A DNA stretch of 64,000 nt from an uncultured Lachnospiraceae bacterium (GCA_910586275.1 CAJUIM010000002.1:3832-67831), one strand, 5' to 3'; positions 8,743 to 16,893 are shown, counted from the stretch's first letter. Translations and numbers: made by a program. Notes: generated by a model from the sequence alone, not told the origin.

Positions 8743-9714
8743 TCATGAATCAAGCTGCTGCTGACCGTCAGATTCTTTTCCAGCAAATGCATCCTCTGCG
8801 CCATCAGAAACTGTGGAATCTACATAAGAGTCTTCTTCTACTTCCCCCTCAGGCTGGTTATCAACATAACTGTTTGCGCCGTCCTCCCGAATTTCCGCCA
8901 TATCTCCTTCGTACGCCCTCTGCATCTCAATACTCATAATGCCCCATTTGCTGATAAGCTGACGGAGTATGGTCTTATATGCCATACCGTCAAAATCCTT
9001 ATACCAGAAAGAGGAATACATCCATTCATCATCCTTCGGATAACTGCCGGCTTCAAAGTCCGCAAAGGAAACCTTTTCTTTCCAGACTTCCCGTTTAGTT
9101 TTGAAATCGTAAGTCTTTATTTTCTTGGAATCCTTGGAAAACGCTTGGCTATACCGGTCCGCATGGGAAAGCATCTTTTTCTTACTCCAATAGATCGCCT
9201 TCTTAAATCCATTGACATACTCAAACATGGCATAGTAGCCGATTGTTTTCGCTTGCTCCCGTTCCTCCTCGTCCTCAATCAGCTGGACTTCGATTTCCTC
9301 TGTCAAAGGATCAAATCGCATCAACTCCCCATCCTTGATAGCAAGGACGTTCAGTTTTTTATACTGCCCACTGCGAATCGCAAGCTGGATATATCCCTTA
9401 TATCCCATCTGGAACTGCGCAATCTTCACGCCCTCTTTCTTGCTATCGTAGGGCACCATATAATACTGCCCAAGCTGCGGTGATGGAGAAAGATTGAGCG
9501 ATTCCCCTAAAAGTGCTGCTGACAGGATAGATTTGTTCGTGCATTCCTGCAACGCCGGATTGACTGTCACTGCCGACACAACAGAGGAAACAAATCTCAT
9601 GCTGTTTTTTCCGACCGCCTGTGCGACCTGCTGCTTTACTGCATCCTTATTCAAAAATGCTGTAATTCCCAAACTATCATCTGTTTTTGCCTTTGGCAAA
9701 TTCTTTGTATCCAT
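8743..9714 (-). CDS. recT: RecT family recombinase
   Basis: LNLSPSPQLGQYYMVPY, AQFQMGYKGYIQLAIRSGQY, DFDGMAYKT; acidic tail. Confidence 0.92.
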   Translation of the reverse strand: MDTKNLPKAKTDDSLGITAFLNKDAVKQQVAQAVGKNSMRFVSSVVSAVTVNPALQECTNKSILSAALLGESLNLSPSPQLGQYYMVPYDSKKEGVKIAQFQMGYKGYIQLAIRSGQYKKLNVLAIKDGELMRFDPLTEEIEVQLIEDEEEREQAKTIGYYAMFEYVNGFKKAIYWSKKKMLSHADRYSQAFSKDSKKIKTYDFKTKREVWKEKVSFADFEAGSYPKDDEWMYSSFWYKDFDGMAYKTILRQLISKWGIMSIEMQRAYEGDMAEIREDGANSYVDNQPEGEVEEDSYVDSTVSDGAEDAFAGKESDGQQQLDS

Positions 9715-9717
9715 TCC

Positions 9718-9879
9718 CTAACCCTCCTGTTTTTCATAATTTATAAAGCTACTGCCTTTACCATCCACAACTTTCCCTTTGGTAATACTGACGGTATACC
9801 CTGCCTTTATAAGCAGCCTTGCAATATCCAGTTGCTCTTCCTTAGTGATTGAAGATGCAGTAATTTTAATTTGTCCCAC
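9718..9879 (-). CDS. 53 aa phage protein
   Basis: Manual translation MGQIKITASSITKEEQLDIARLLIKAGYTV; GGAGG RBS, GTG start. Confidence 0.6.
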   Translation of the reverse strand: MGQIKITASSITKEEQLDIARLLIKAGYTVSITKGKVVDGKGSSFINYEKQEG

Positions 9880-9891
9880 CCTTGTCCTCCC

Positions 9892-10089
9892 TTAATATCC
9901 TGTCACTTCCTTCAGATCCTCGATACACCTGTCGCAAATCCAAACCCTTTTCTTTCCGGACAATATATGCAGTGCACAGAACTGCCTTATCTTTTCCTCG
10001 CAGCATTCGCAGGCCGGAAGGTTTTCATCCGATTCATCTTCCGGCCACTGCGAATCCATCACCATCCTGTTTTCTATCTGATACGGCAT
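9892..10089 (-). CDS. Small zinc-finger-like phage protein
   Basis: CECC...CDRC; AGGAGG RBS. Confidence 0.7.
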   Translation of the reverse strand: MPYQIENRMVMDSQWPEDESDENLPACECCEEKIRQFCALHILSGKKRVWICDRCIEDLKEVTGY

Positions 10090-10197
10090 CTTTTTTCCTC
10101 CTTATTGGCCGGATGTGGAAATACCCTGTTTCCAACCACTTTTATGCATTTTCCGTCTTTTTGTATCATTGTCAGAATCATAAATTTTTTCACCCAA

Positions 10198-10449
10198 TCA
10201 CTCCTTTTCCAGATACAGCGCGTCCAGTATGTCTTCTTTGGGAATCTTCAGTGTGTTTATGTATGCCCGAAATTCTCCCAACGTGATCTTATCCGGATCG
10301 CGCAAGTGGACATAAAAAGTCGGCAGGCTGATGTGGGCTTTTTTCACTATCTTCTCCCGGTTTGTCCCGGTCCTTTCCATACAGGCTTTGATTGCGCGGG
10401 AAAGGCTTATGTTTTTCTCCGTCCATATCCCAAGCGTTGATTTCCCCAT
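10198..10449 (-). CDS. HTH-like phage protein
   Basis: IVKKAHISLPTFYVHLRDPDKITLGEF. Confidence 0.7.
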   Translation of the reverse strand: MGKSTLGIWTEKNISLSRAIKACMERTGTNREKIVKKAHISLPTFYVHLRDPDKITLGEFRAYINTLKIPKEDILDALYLEKE

Positions 10450-10462
10450 CCCTGTTTCCCTC

Positions 10463-10621
10463 CTAATTTCCCATAAAATAAATAATCATGTAAAGAGCGA
10501 TAAATCCCATCACCATAGCCGTCATTCCTGCCACGAAATACAAAATAAATTTCAGCCGCTCAAAACTCATAGGCTCCCGGCGGTTCCTGCCGCTCCTTAA
10601 AATAATTTCATCACAATCCAT
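10463..10621 (-). CDS. 52 aa single-transmembrane peptide
   Basis: Manual translation ending LKFILYFVAGMTAMVMGFIALYMIIYFMGN; AGGAGG RBS. Confidence 0.65.
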   Translation of the reverse strand: MDCDEIILRSGRNRREPMSFERLKFILYFVAGMTAMVMGFIALYMIIYFMGN

Positions 10622-10673
10622 GTTTTCCTCCTGTTCTCTTGCCGGTACAGGAAGAATATGTTACAATCTACCC

Positions 10674-10742
10674 GTAGCCAGTAAGTCGTGGTTATTGGTT
10701 ACTGCCCTGTTCGGTATTCTCGGTACTGAATGGGGCGTTTTA
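10674..10742 (+). ncRNA. Predicted ~70 nt antisense sRNA
   Basis: TTGCCG-17-TACAAT promoter with extended TG (10639-10667), two hairpins and a T tail, no ORF. Confidence 0.5.
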
Positions 10743-11225
10743 ATCTTCAAAAAGTCCTTTTTCTTCTTTTGGATATGCCCTGTCTGAACCCAAAACAATT
10801 TCCAATTCATTAGGATTGCACACGATTTTTAAAATCAATGTTGTACCAACAATGGTGTCCTCGATTTGAAATGCCGTTAAATCTACCATATTGTCTCCAA
10901 CAACCAACGCAGAATGTGCGCCACTTTTTATTATCTTGATGCGTTCATAGCGTGTCGGTTTCCTAACTAGTTGATTAAAAATTTCCTTTCCGTCTAACTG
11001 AATGTTGACCGAAAAAGGGGAGTTTCCGATTTTTCTCATTTCCTTACTGATAGATTCACTTATTTCTTCCAGTGGGCATTGATGATTTTCTGAATACTTA
11101 CGTGCATTTATTGTCTTTATGGAACCACCAACAATAGACCTTGCTCTATCACTCTGTTTTTCATCAATAAGTCCTTCCTTCACCAAAGAATTGACTATGA
11201 TTGAAATTTCATCTTTTCTTTTCAA
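10740..11225 (-). CDS. Phage hypothetical protein
   Basis: 161 aa; AGGAGG RBS, TTG start. Confidence 0.65.
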   Translation of the reverse strand: MKRKDEISIIVNSLVKEGLIDEKQSDRARSIVGGSIKTINARKYSENHQCPLEEISESISKEMRKIGNSPFSVNIQLDGKEIFNQLVRKPTRYERIKIIKSGAHSALVVGDNMVDLTAFQIEDTIVGTTLILKIVCNPNELEIVLGSDRAYPKEEKGLFED

Positions 11226-11321
11226 CGCTTATCCTCCTATATTGAATTTGTTTCCTTTATCTCCTATACTGTAAGTACCAGACCGACATCTGGAATACGA
11301 AAGAAAGGAGATAAAACACAT

Positions 11322-11513
11322 ATGACAAAATTTTGTCCATTCATGAGCAAAGACCCATCCATTCCAGATAAGTCAAGCACAGACAAAAATATGATTCCTT
11401 GTATGGATACCTGTTCTTTGTACTGGAAGGGATTCTGTTCAATTAACATCCTCGCCCAAAAAGCGATACATGACGGCGAAAAAGAAAAGAAGGACAAATC
11501 AGTCTCTGAATAA
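11322..11513 (+). CDS. Counter-oriented small Cys-rich protein (cassette 1)
   Basis: Own promoter TTGAAT-17-TATACT, AAGGAG RBS; KFCPF...PCMDTCSLY...FCSI. Confidence 0.75.
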   Translation: MTKFCPFMSKDPSIPDKSSTDKNMIPCMDTCSLYWKGFCSINILAQKAIHDGEKEKKDKSVSE

Positions 11514-11723
11514 TTCTTTTCCGTCAAGGCGGCAAGCGATATGTTGCGAAGGGTAATCGACTCTACTTGCACTTTCTTTCTCTACCAAAGAATGCGCACC
11601 GATTCCCTTCGCTGTATCTGCCGATTTGCAAAGTTCATAAAAAGTCAATCCTTCCTCTGCCGCAAGATTGATAATCTTCTTGGCAAACTCCTCTGTCTTT
11701 TCATAAAATTCTTTTCCTTCCAT
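11499..11723 (-). CDS. Phage hypothetical protein
   Basis: GAGGTGA RBS, start MEGKEFYEK. Confidence 0.6.
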   Translation of the reverse strand: MEGKEFYEKTEEFAKKIINLAAEEGLTFYELCKSADTAKGIGAHSLVEKESASRVDYPSQHIACRLDGKELFRD

Positions 11724-11739
11724 TTCCCTCACCTCCCCT

Positions 11740-11889
11740 CTACGCTTCCTGCAACTGCTTGTCTCTCTGACTGTCCTTAGCAATCGCCATACCCTCAGCC
11801 ACGCCGAGAATATAGTTCTGCTTGTCCTTATCCAACTTCGGAACGGTATCAGAAAGCCGTCTGATGATGTTTTTTTCTTTTTCGCTCAT
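11740..11889 (-). CDS. 49 aa phage protein (MSEKEK-type)
   Basis: MSEKEKNIIRRLSDTVPKLDKDKQNYILGVAEGMAIAK; AGGAGGT RBS. Confidence 0.7.
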   Translation of the reverse strand: MSEKEKNIIRRLSDTVPKLDKDKQNYILGVAEGMAIAKDSQRDKQLQEA

Positions 11890-11979
11890 AAGATGCACCT
11901 CCTTTAAAATTTCTTGATTTTGTGCTATCCTTTCGTTGCAGGCTCTGCCAAGCCAAGTATAAGAGAAAGGAGTAGCATA

Positions 11980-12168
11980 ATGACTGATAACGAAAAACGC
12001 GCGCATGATATATCAATCGCATTATTGCCAAAGGCAATAGAATATGAATCAGCAAAAAATGCTCTGAGTAATAACACTGAAGAACGTGTTGACGCTTTCC
12101 GCATCTATATGGAAAATTACAAACATGCGCTAGACATGATTAACGCTGAATTTCCACACGATAAATAA
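11980..12168 (+). CDS. Counter-oriented small protein (cassette 2)
   Basis: Extended -10 TGcTATCCT, AAGGAG RBS, MTDNEKRAHD; terminator-like hairpin at about 12200-12240. Confidence 0.75.
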   Translation: MTDNEKRAHDISIALLPKAIEYESAKNALSNNTEERVDAFRIYMENYKHALDMINAEFPHDK

Positions 12169-12268
12169 CTTTATCCCCAAGCGTTACATCTACCAAAACT
12201 GGCTTCTTAGGCGTTCGCACCGCCTTTGAAGCCTTTTTCTTTTTCTTCTTTCCCACTTCCATCACCTC

Positions 12269-12454
12269 CTACTCCAAAAAAAAATACTCAATCGGCTTGC
12301 CGAAAAAATCAGCAACCTTTTTAAGTGTGTCAATTCTGGGGAACGACTTGTCCCATCTGCGAATAGTCGCATTGCCGATATTGCATTCTTTTTCTACCTT
12401 TGCAATGCTGACTCCTTTCTCTTTGCATAGGGATTCAATTTTTGCATATAACAA
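12269..12454 (-). CDS. Cro-like HTH protein
   Basis: IESLCKEKGVSIAKVEKECNIGNATIRRWDKSFPRIDTLKKVADFF. Confidence 0.85.
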   Translation of the reverse strand: MLYAKIESLCKEKGVSIAKVEKECNIGNATIRRWDKSFPRIDTLKKVADFFGKPIEYFFLE

Positions 12455-12552
12455 CTTCTCACCTCCTCGTTATTGATATTTCCTATTTTCCCCTTTATAA
12501 TTTAAGTACAGGCTCCCGCCAGAGCCAAGTATGAAGAAAGAGGAGAAAAAAC

Positions 12553-12756
12553 ATGACTAAATTTAAATTTTGCTGTGGTAAATGTGAAGAACAATTCAAT
12601 GTAGAATTTAGGTATCTACTTGAAAAAAAACACATTTCCTGTCCTAACTGTTCTAATGTTCTTTCAGACGATGGTTTGAAACATCTAAAAACGATTGCAA
12701 CATCTCTGAAAGAATATGAAAAAATCTGCGAAGAGCAAACGGTTATTTCACTATGA
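12553..12756 (+). CDS. Counter-oriented zinc-ribbon protein (cassette 3)
   Basis: TTGATA-17-TATAAT promoter, GAGGAG RBS; CGKC...CPNC. Confidence 0.75.
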   Translation: MTKFKFCCGKCEEQFNVEFRYLLEKKHISCPNCSNVLSDDGLKHLKTIATSLKEYEKICEEQTVISL

Positions 12757-12918
12757 CGATTTGCTAAGCGAAATTTTTTGAAGTTCTACTTGTACATCAC
12801 TCAAAAGTTCAAAAGCCTGCCCGAAAGTGACACCTTTTTTGCAAAATATTTTTATAATCTCGCGAACAATTTCTATTTTTTCACTTTTGGGCAGTTCTTT
12901 TTCAAATACTACGTTCAC
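12751..12918 (-). CDS. Phage hypothetical protein
   Basis: GAGGAGGTGA RBS, GTG start. Confidence 0.55.
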   Translation of the reverse strand: MNVVFEKELPKSEKIEIVREIIKIFCKKGVTFGQAFELLSDVQVELQKISLSKSS

Positions 12919-13129
12919 TTCCCTCACCTCCTCTCTATACCAGAACCTTGCCTGGCTCTTTGTCTGCAAATTTCGATTTCATAAATAAATCTTTAGAGAA
13001 TCGCAATATATTGATTTAAAATATTATAAAATATCTATATATTGTGTTCTTAATATTGACTTTCCAATACTTTCCATGTACAATCGCCTTGTAACCAATA
13101 TCTGTATATTAAAGAAAGGAATTTCAAAA

Positions 13130-13303
13130 ATGGCAAAAAGCACTATTTTACACAAGCCCGGCGAAGACAATCAGCAAAAAGGCGAATACCTCGAAGTCGG
13201 CAAGCGTGGCGGTGCTGTTCGCAATGCCCGTCAAGTCACCATTGACCTAGGCGATAGGCTCCCACCTACCCAAGAGGAAGGGCACCGATGGAAAAAGATT
13301 TAA
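13130..13303 (+). CDS. YjzC-like small protein
   Basis: KPGEDNQ..GEYLEVGKRGG...GDRLPPTQEEGHRW; TTGACT-17-TACAAT promoter. Confidence 0.8.
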   Translation: MAKSTILHKPGEDNQQKGEYLEVGKRGGAVRNARQVTIDLGDRLPPTQEEGHRWKKI

Positions 13304-13309
13304 CCCTTG

Positions 13310-13337
13310 AAAGTCACTGTTTCCGGCAGTGACTTTT
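13310..13337. terminator. Bidirectional intrinsic terminator
   Basis: AAAGTCACTG-tttccgg-CAGTGACTTT between convergent genes. Confidence 0.7.
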
Positions 13338-13455
13338 ATATTTCAATCCGTTTCTTGCTGAAACAGTAGCAGTTTCCGAAAAGGTTAATCTGCAACCACG
13401 ATTCAGCGTATCGCTTGTTATTCTCTGTGTATTTTGTTATGTAATGCTTTATCAA
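13336..13455 (-). CDS. 39 aa phage protein
   Basis: Manual translation MIKHYITKYTENNKRYAESWLQINLFGNCYCFSKKRIEI, coupled to cro. Confidence 0.6.
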   Translation of the reverse strand: MIKHYITKYTENNKRYAESWLQINLFGNCYCFSKKRIEI

Positions 13456-13685
13456 GGTTCTCTCTCCTTTCTAATTCCATACAAATCATTGACATCTACG
13501 CCGATGGCAAAGGCTATTGAAGGAATATATTCAACTCTAAGAAGTTTTCTTCTATCATTTAAAATGTTGCTAAATTCCTGCGGCGTAAATCCTGCCTTTT
13601 CTGCAACAGCTTTCTGTTTCATTCCTTTGTCGGAAATAACGCTTTTAATATTGGAAATTACATCTTCATAATTGCAAGTAATCAT
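13452..13685 (-). CDS. Cro-like XRE regulator
   Basis: KGMKQKAVAEKAGFTPQEFSNILNDRRK; divergent from CI. Confidence 0.85.
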   Translation of the reverse strand: MITCNYEDVISNIKSVISDKGMKQKAVAEKAGFTPQEFSNILNDRRKLLRVEYIPSIAFAIGVDVNDLYGIRKEREP

Positions 13686-13703
13686 ATGTTTCATCTCCTC
13701 TCT

Positions 13704-13817
13704 TTGCAAGTTTCTTGTAACTATCTGTATTTTATATCATGCATCTTGTAATGTCAATAGTTTTTTACAAGTTCTTTGTAAATCATGTATTGACTTTTCG
13801 ATACTTCTTGATATAAT
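13704..13817. promoter_or_regulatory. Lysis-lysogeny switch: divergent promoters and TTACAAG-N3-CTTGTAA operators
   Basis: Operators at 13704-13720, 13735-13751 and 13765-13781; leftward TTGACA-17-TAAAAT, rightward TTGACT...TATAAT. Confidence 0.75.
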
Positions 13818-13837
13818 AATGTTGTGGAGGTGATTAA

Positions 13838-14326
13838 ATGAGTTTAGGCTCTAGGATAAAAGAGCGTCGGGAACAACTTAATTTATCAAGGAATGAGTTA
13901 GCAGAAAGAATAGGAGTAACATCATCCGCAATTGCAAATTATGAAAATGAAATTAGTTCTCCTAAAATTGAATTGATGTATAAATTATTTAATGCTCTTG
14001 GGTGTGATGCTAATTATTTGCATCAAGACGATATGAACGCTCTGGTTTATGAAAACACTGCAACTCCAGAAGAATTTGAAAATATTGTAAAAAAATACCG
14101 TGTCCTAGATACCCACGGAAAGAAAATGGTTGACTTCACACTAAACGAGGAATGGGAGCGGTCAACGTCGGAAACTAAAGTTGTACCAATGAATACAAAA
14201 CAAGATACCGATTATCTTTTTGTAAAGGCCGCACATAATGATGCTGAAATTACCGATGAAGAATTAAAGAAAATGGAAAGGGACTCCGCTTTGATAGTGG
14301 AAATGGCAAAGAAAAAGAAACAATAG
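13838..14326 (+). CDS. CI/ImmR-like repressor
   Basis: N-terminal XRE HTH, C-terminal AAH motif, upstream of ImmA. Confidence 0.88.
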   Translation: MSLGSRIKERREQLNLSRNELAERIGVTSSAIANYENEISSPKIELMYKLFNALGCDANYLHQDDMNALVYENTATPEEFENIVKKYRVLDTHGKKMVDFTLNEEWERSTSETKVVPMNTKQDTDYLFVKAAHNDAEITDEELKKMERDSALIVEMAKKKKQ

Positions 14327-14340
14327 AGGTGACAAGGGGA

Positions 14341-14814
14341 ATGAATCTATATGAACAGTGGCTGCAAAAAGCTGATGATATCGGATTGAACGTTGTGGAA
14401 AGCGTCCCATTTGAATCTCAAGCAAAGGGGCTTATCTGCGGCGACTGCATCGGATTGAATCAGAACATAGAAACAACAGCAGAAAAAGCTTGTGTTCTTG
14501 CTGAAGAGGTGATACATAACCAAATCAATGTAGGGAATATTCGTGACCAAAGATTATCAGGGAATGCTTGGCAAGAACGCAAGACAAGGAAAATTTTATA
14601 TAAGCATTTGGCAGACATAAGAACCGTAGCCTATTTTTTAAAAATTGGATGCAAAAATTTAAGTGAAATTGCTGACGAAATGGGTATAACAGAGGAACTA
14701 CTTATGGAAGCAATCCATGGATATAAAGAAGAATATGGGATTTTTATTCCATTAGAAGATGATGTATTATTTTTTGAACCAACGTTATATTTAAAAAGTC
14801 AGATTATGGGTTAA
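14341..14814 (+). CDS. ImmA/IrrE-like metallopeptidase (anti-repressor)
   Basis: EKACVLAEEVIH, QERK, EIADEMGITEE. Confidence 0.8.
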   Translation: MNLYEQWLQKADDIGLNVVESVPFESQAKGLICGDCIGLNQNIETTAEKACVLAEEVIHNQINVGNIRDQRLSGNAWQERKTRKILYKHLADIRTVAYFLKIGCKNLSEIADEMGITEELLMEAIHGYKEEYGIFIPLEDDVLFFEPTLYLKSQIMG

Positions 14815-14868
14815 ACCGCTACGGCGTTTTAATAAAAAATTCATGAGAAAAAAAGGAGGATTTTATTC

Positions 14869-15699
14869 ATGGCCATGATTTACTGTAAAGAATGTGGAAA
14901 GGAAATATCGGATAAAGCTGAAAAATGTCCGCATTGTGGATTTCCAATGAATCCACCAATTCAAAACAATTACCAGACAGCAACACAAAACAATCAGAAA
15001 ATTAAAAATTCCGGACTTGGAGTAGCTTCTCTCATATTATCTATATTGGGTTGTACATTTTGGCTTGGAATTATATTTGCAATAATAGATCTTTGTAAGA
15101 AAGATGGCAAGAAGAAAACTTGCTCTATTATAGCACTGATTATTTCTGGTCTTTGGCTTATTATTGGCGTATCTAACATGGGAAATAGTGATAAACCGAA
15201 AAAAGTTGAAAATTCCAAGAATACTGTTATTGAAACAGATAATAATTCTGAAGAAGTGAAAACAAAAGATTCTGAACCAGAAAAATCAGAAGATGAAAAC
15301 AAAGAGATTGCTTTTAAAAAGGGAGAAATTGCTGAATTAAACGGAGTTCAAGTAGCTTTGACTGATTATAAGGAAAGCACTGGAAGTGATTTTAATACCC
15401 CTACTGTTGGAAATGTATTTTTGATGGCAGAATTTGAGATTTCAAATAATACAGAAAAGGAATTGGCAATTAGTAGCGTAATGAGTTTCGATGCATATGC
15501 GGATGATTATTCTTTAAATTATTCTTTTTCAGCACTTATGGAAAAAGACGGAAACCAGCTTGATGGTACAATTGCCGCCGGAAAGAAAATGAAAGGCTGG
15601 ATTGGATGGGAAGTTCCGCAGGATTATCAAAACGTGGAAATACATTTCACAGATAATGTATGGAGCAATAATAAATTTGTGTTTTTGATTGAAAAATAA
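14869..15699 (+). CDS. Zinc-ribbon, membrane-anchored, DUF4352-like extracellular protein
   Basis: CKECGKEISDKAEKCPHCG, hydrophobic helices, beta-rich C-terminal domain. Confidence 0.75.
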   Translation: MAMIYCKECGKEISDKAEKCPHCGFPMNPPIQNNYQTATQNNQKIKNSGLGVASLILSILGCTFWLGIIFAIIDLCKKDGKKKTCSIIALIISGLWLIIGVSNMGNSDKPKKVENSKNTVIETDNNSEEVKTKDSEPEKSEDENKEIAFKKGEIAELNGVQVALTDYKESTGSDFNTPTVGNVFLMAEFEISNNTEKELAISSVMSFDAYADDYSLNYSFSALMEKDGNQLDGTIAAGKKMKGWIGWEVPQDYQNVEIHFTDNVWSNNKFVFLIEK

Positions 15700-15706
15700 T
15701 ATTTAT

Positions 15707-15778
15707 GATAAAAGTAAAACCGCCCCGGCGACAACCGGAACGGCTTTAAATAGATACCTAAAGATGATACCTACACCC
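15707..15778 (-). ncRNA. Predicted antisense sRNA in the integrase leader
   Basis: Minus-strand TTGCAA-17-TACAAT promoter with extended TG; GC hairpin and T tract at 15707-15744. Confidence 0.55.
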
Positions 15779-15864
15779 AAAAATATTGTATCATCTTTGG
15801 GTGCAGCTTGCAAGCGGATTTTCCGCGGGCTGTTATTTTTATACCCAAAAAGGAGGATGATACC

Positions 15865-16893
15865 ATGGCAAAGGCAAAGAAACTTCCGTCCGGGAACTGG
15901 CGGTGCCAAGTCTATGATTATACGGACGCGGCAGGAAAGCGGCATTACAAGTCTTTCACGGCAGGAACCAAAAGAGGGGCAGAGCATCTGGCCGCGGAAT
16001 ACGCGGACACAAAAAAGGAACGCCCAGAGCCGCTTAAGGTGACGGTTGGAGCCGCGCTGGACAATTACATAGAGATTAAGGGAAACGTTCTTTCCCCCAG
16101 CACCATACGGGGATACAAGGCCATGAGGAGGAACATATATGCGGATATAGAAGAACTCTTGATGGAAAACCTCACGCAGGAAACCGTGCAGATATGGGTG
16201 AATTCCCTTGCCGCAAAGAAGGATGCCAAGACGGTCAGGAACGCGCATGGGCTTCTGTCGGCCATGCTTTCGATATACATGCCTGATTTTACGCTTCGCA
16301 CCGCGATGCCGAGGAAGCAGAAGGAGATCCCGTACATACCAACAGAAAGCGATATAAGGCTCATAGTGGAGTTTTTCAAGGAACATGATGCGGAAATGCT
16401 AAAGGCGGTTTATCTGGCCGCATTTGGCACGCTTCGGCGTTCGGAGATATGCGCATTGTCCGGAGAGGACATAGAAGGGAACATAGTGCATGTTCACGCC
16501 GCCTTAGTGATGGACAAGGACGGGAACTGGATTAAAAAAACAACCAAGACGGCATCCAGCGACAGGTACATACCGATGCCGGAGTTCGTCATGGACGCCC
16601 TTCCGAGGAGCGGGGACATAGTTTCCATAAATCCGGCAGGCATCACGAAGAGGTTTTCCGCTGCTTTGAAAAGGCTCAAAGTTCCGCACTTCCGGTTCCA
16701 TGACCTTCGCCATTACTCTGCCAGCATAATGCATGCCATAGGGATTCCGGACCAGTACATCATGCAGCGCGGCGGATGGAGTTCGGACGGGGTTTTAAAG
16801 GCCGTCTACCGAAACACCATGGATGATTACACTAAAAAATTCAGCAGCCAGATTAATGATTACTTTGAGAATGCAACACGAAATATCACATGA
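15865..16893 (+). CDS. int: Tyrosine integrase
   Basis: TLRRSEICAL, KT, RFHDLRHYSAS, GGW...VY catalytic pattern. Confidence 0.95.
   Translation: MAKAKKLPSGNWRCQVYDYTDAAGKRHYKSFTAGTKRGAEHLAAEYADTKKERPEPLKVTVGAALDNYIEIKGNVLSPSTIRGYKAMRRNIYADIEELLMENLTQETVQIWVNSLAAKKDAKTVRNAHGLLSAMLSIYMPDFTLRTAMPRKQKEIPYIPTESDIRLIVEFFKEHDAEMLKAVYLAAFGTLRRSEICALSGEDIEGNIVHVHAALVMDKDGNWIKKTTKTASSDRYIPMPEFVMDALPRSGDIVSINPAGITKRFSAALKRLKVPHFRFHDLRHYSASIMHAIGIPDQYIMQRGGWSSDGVLKAVYRNTMDDYTKKFSSQINDYFENATRNIT

Noticed and set aside
15689..16386. ORFs 15689-16042 plus and 15703-16386 minus as an excisionase or other genes
   Set aside because: They overlap int and its structured leader and show no recognisable domain
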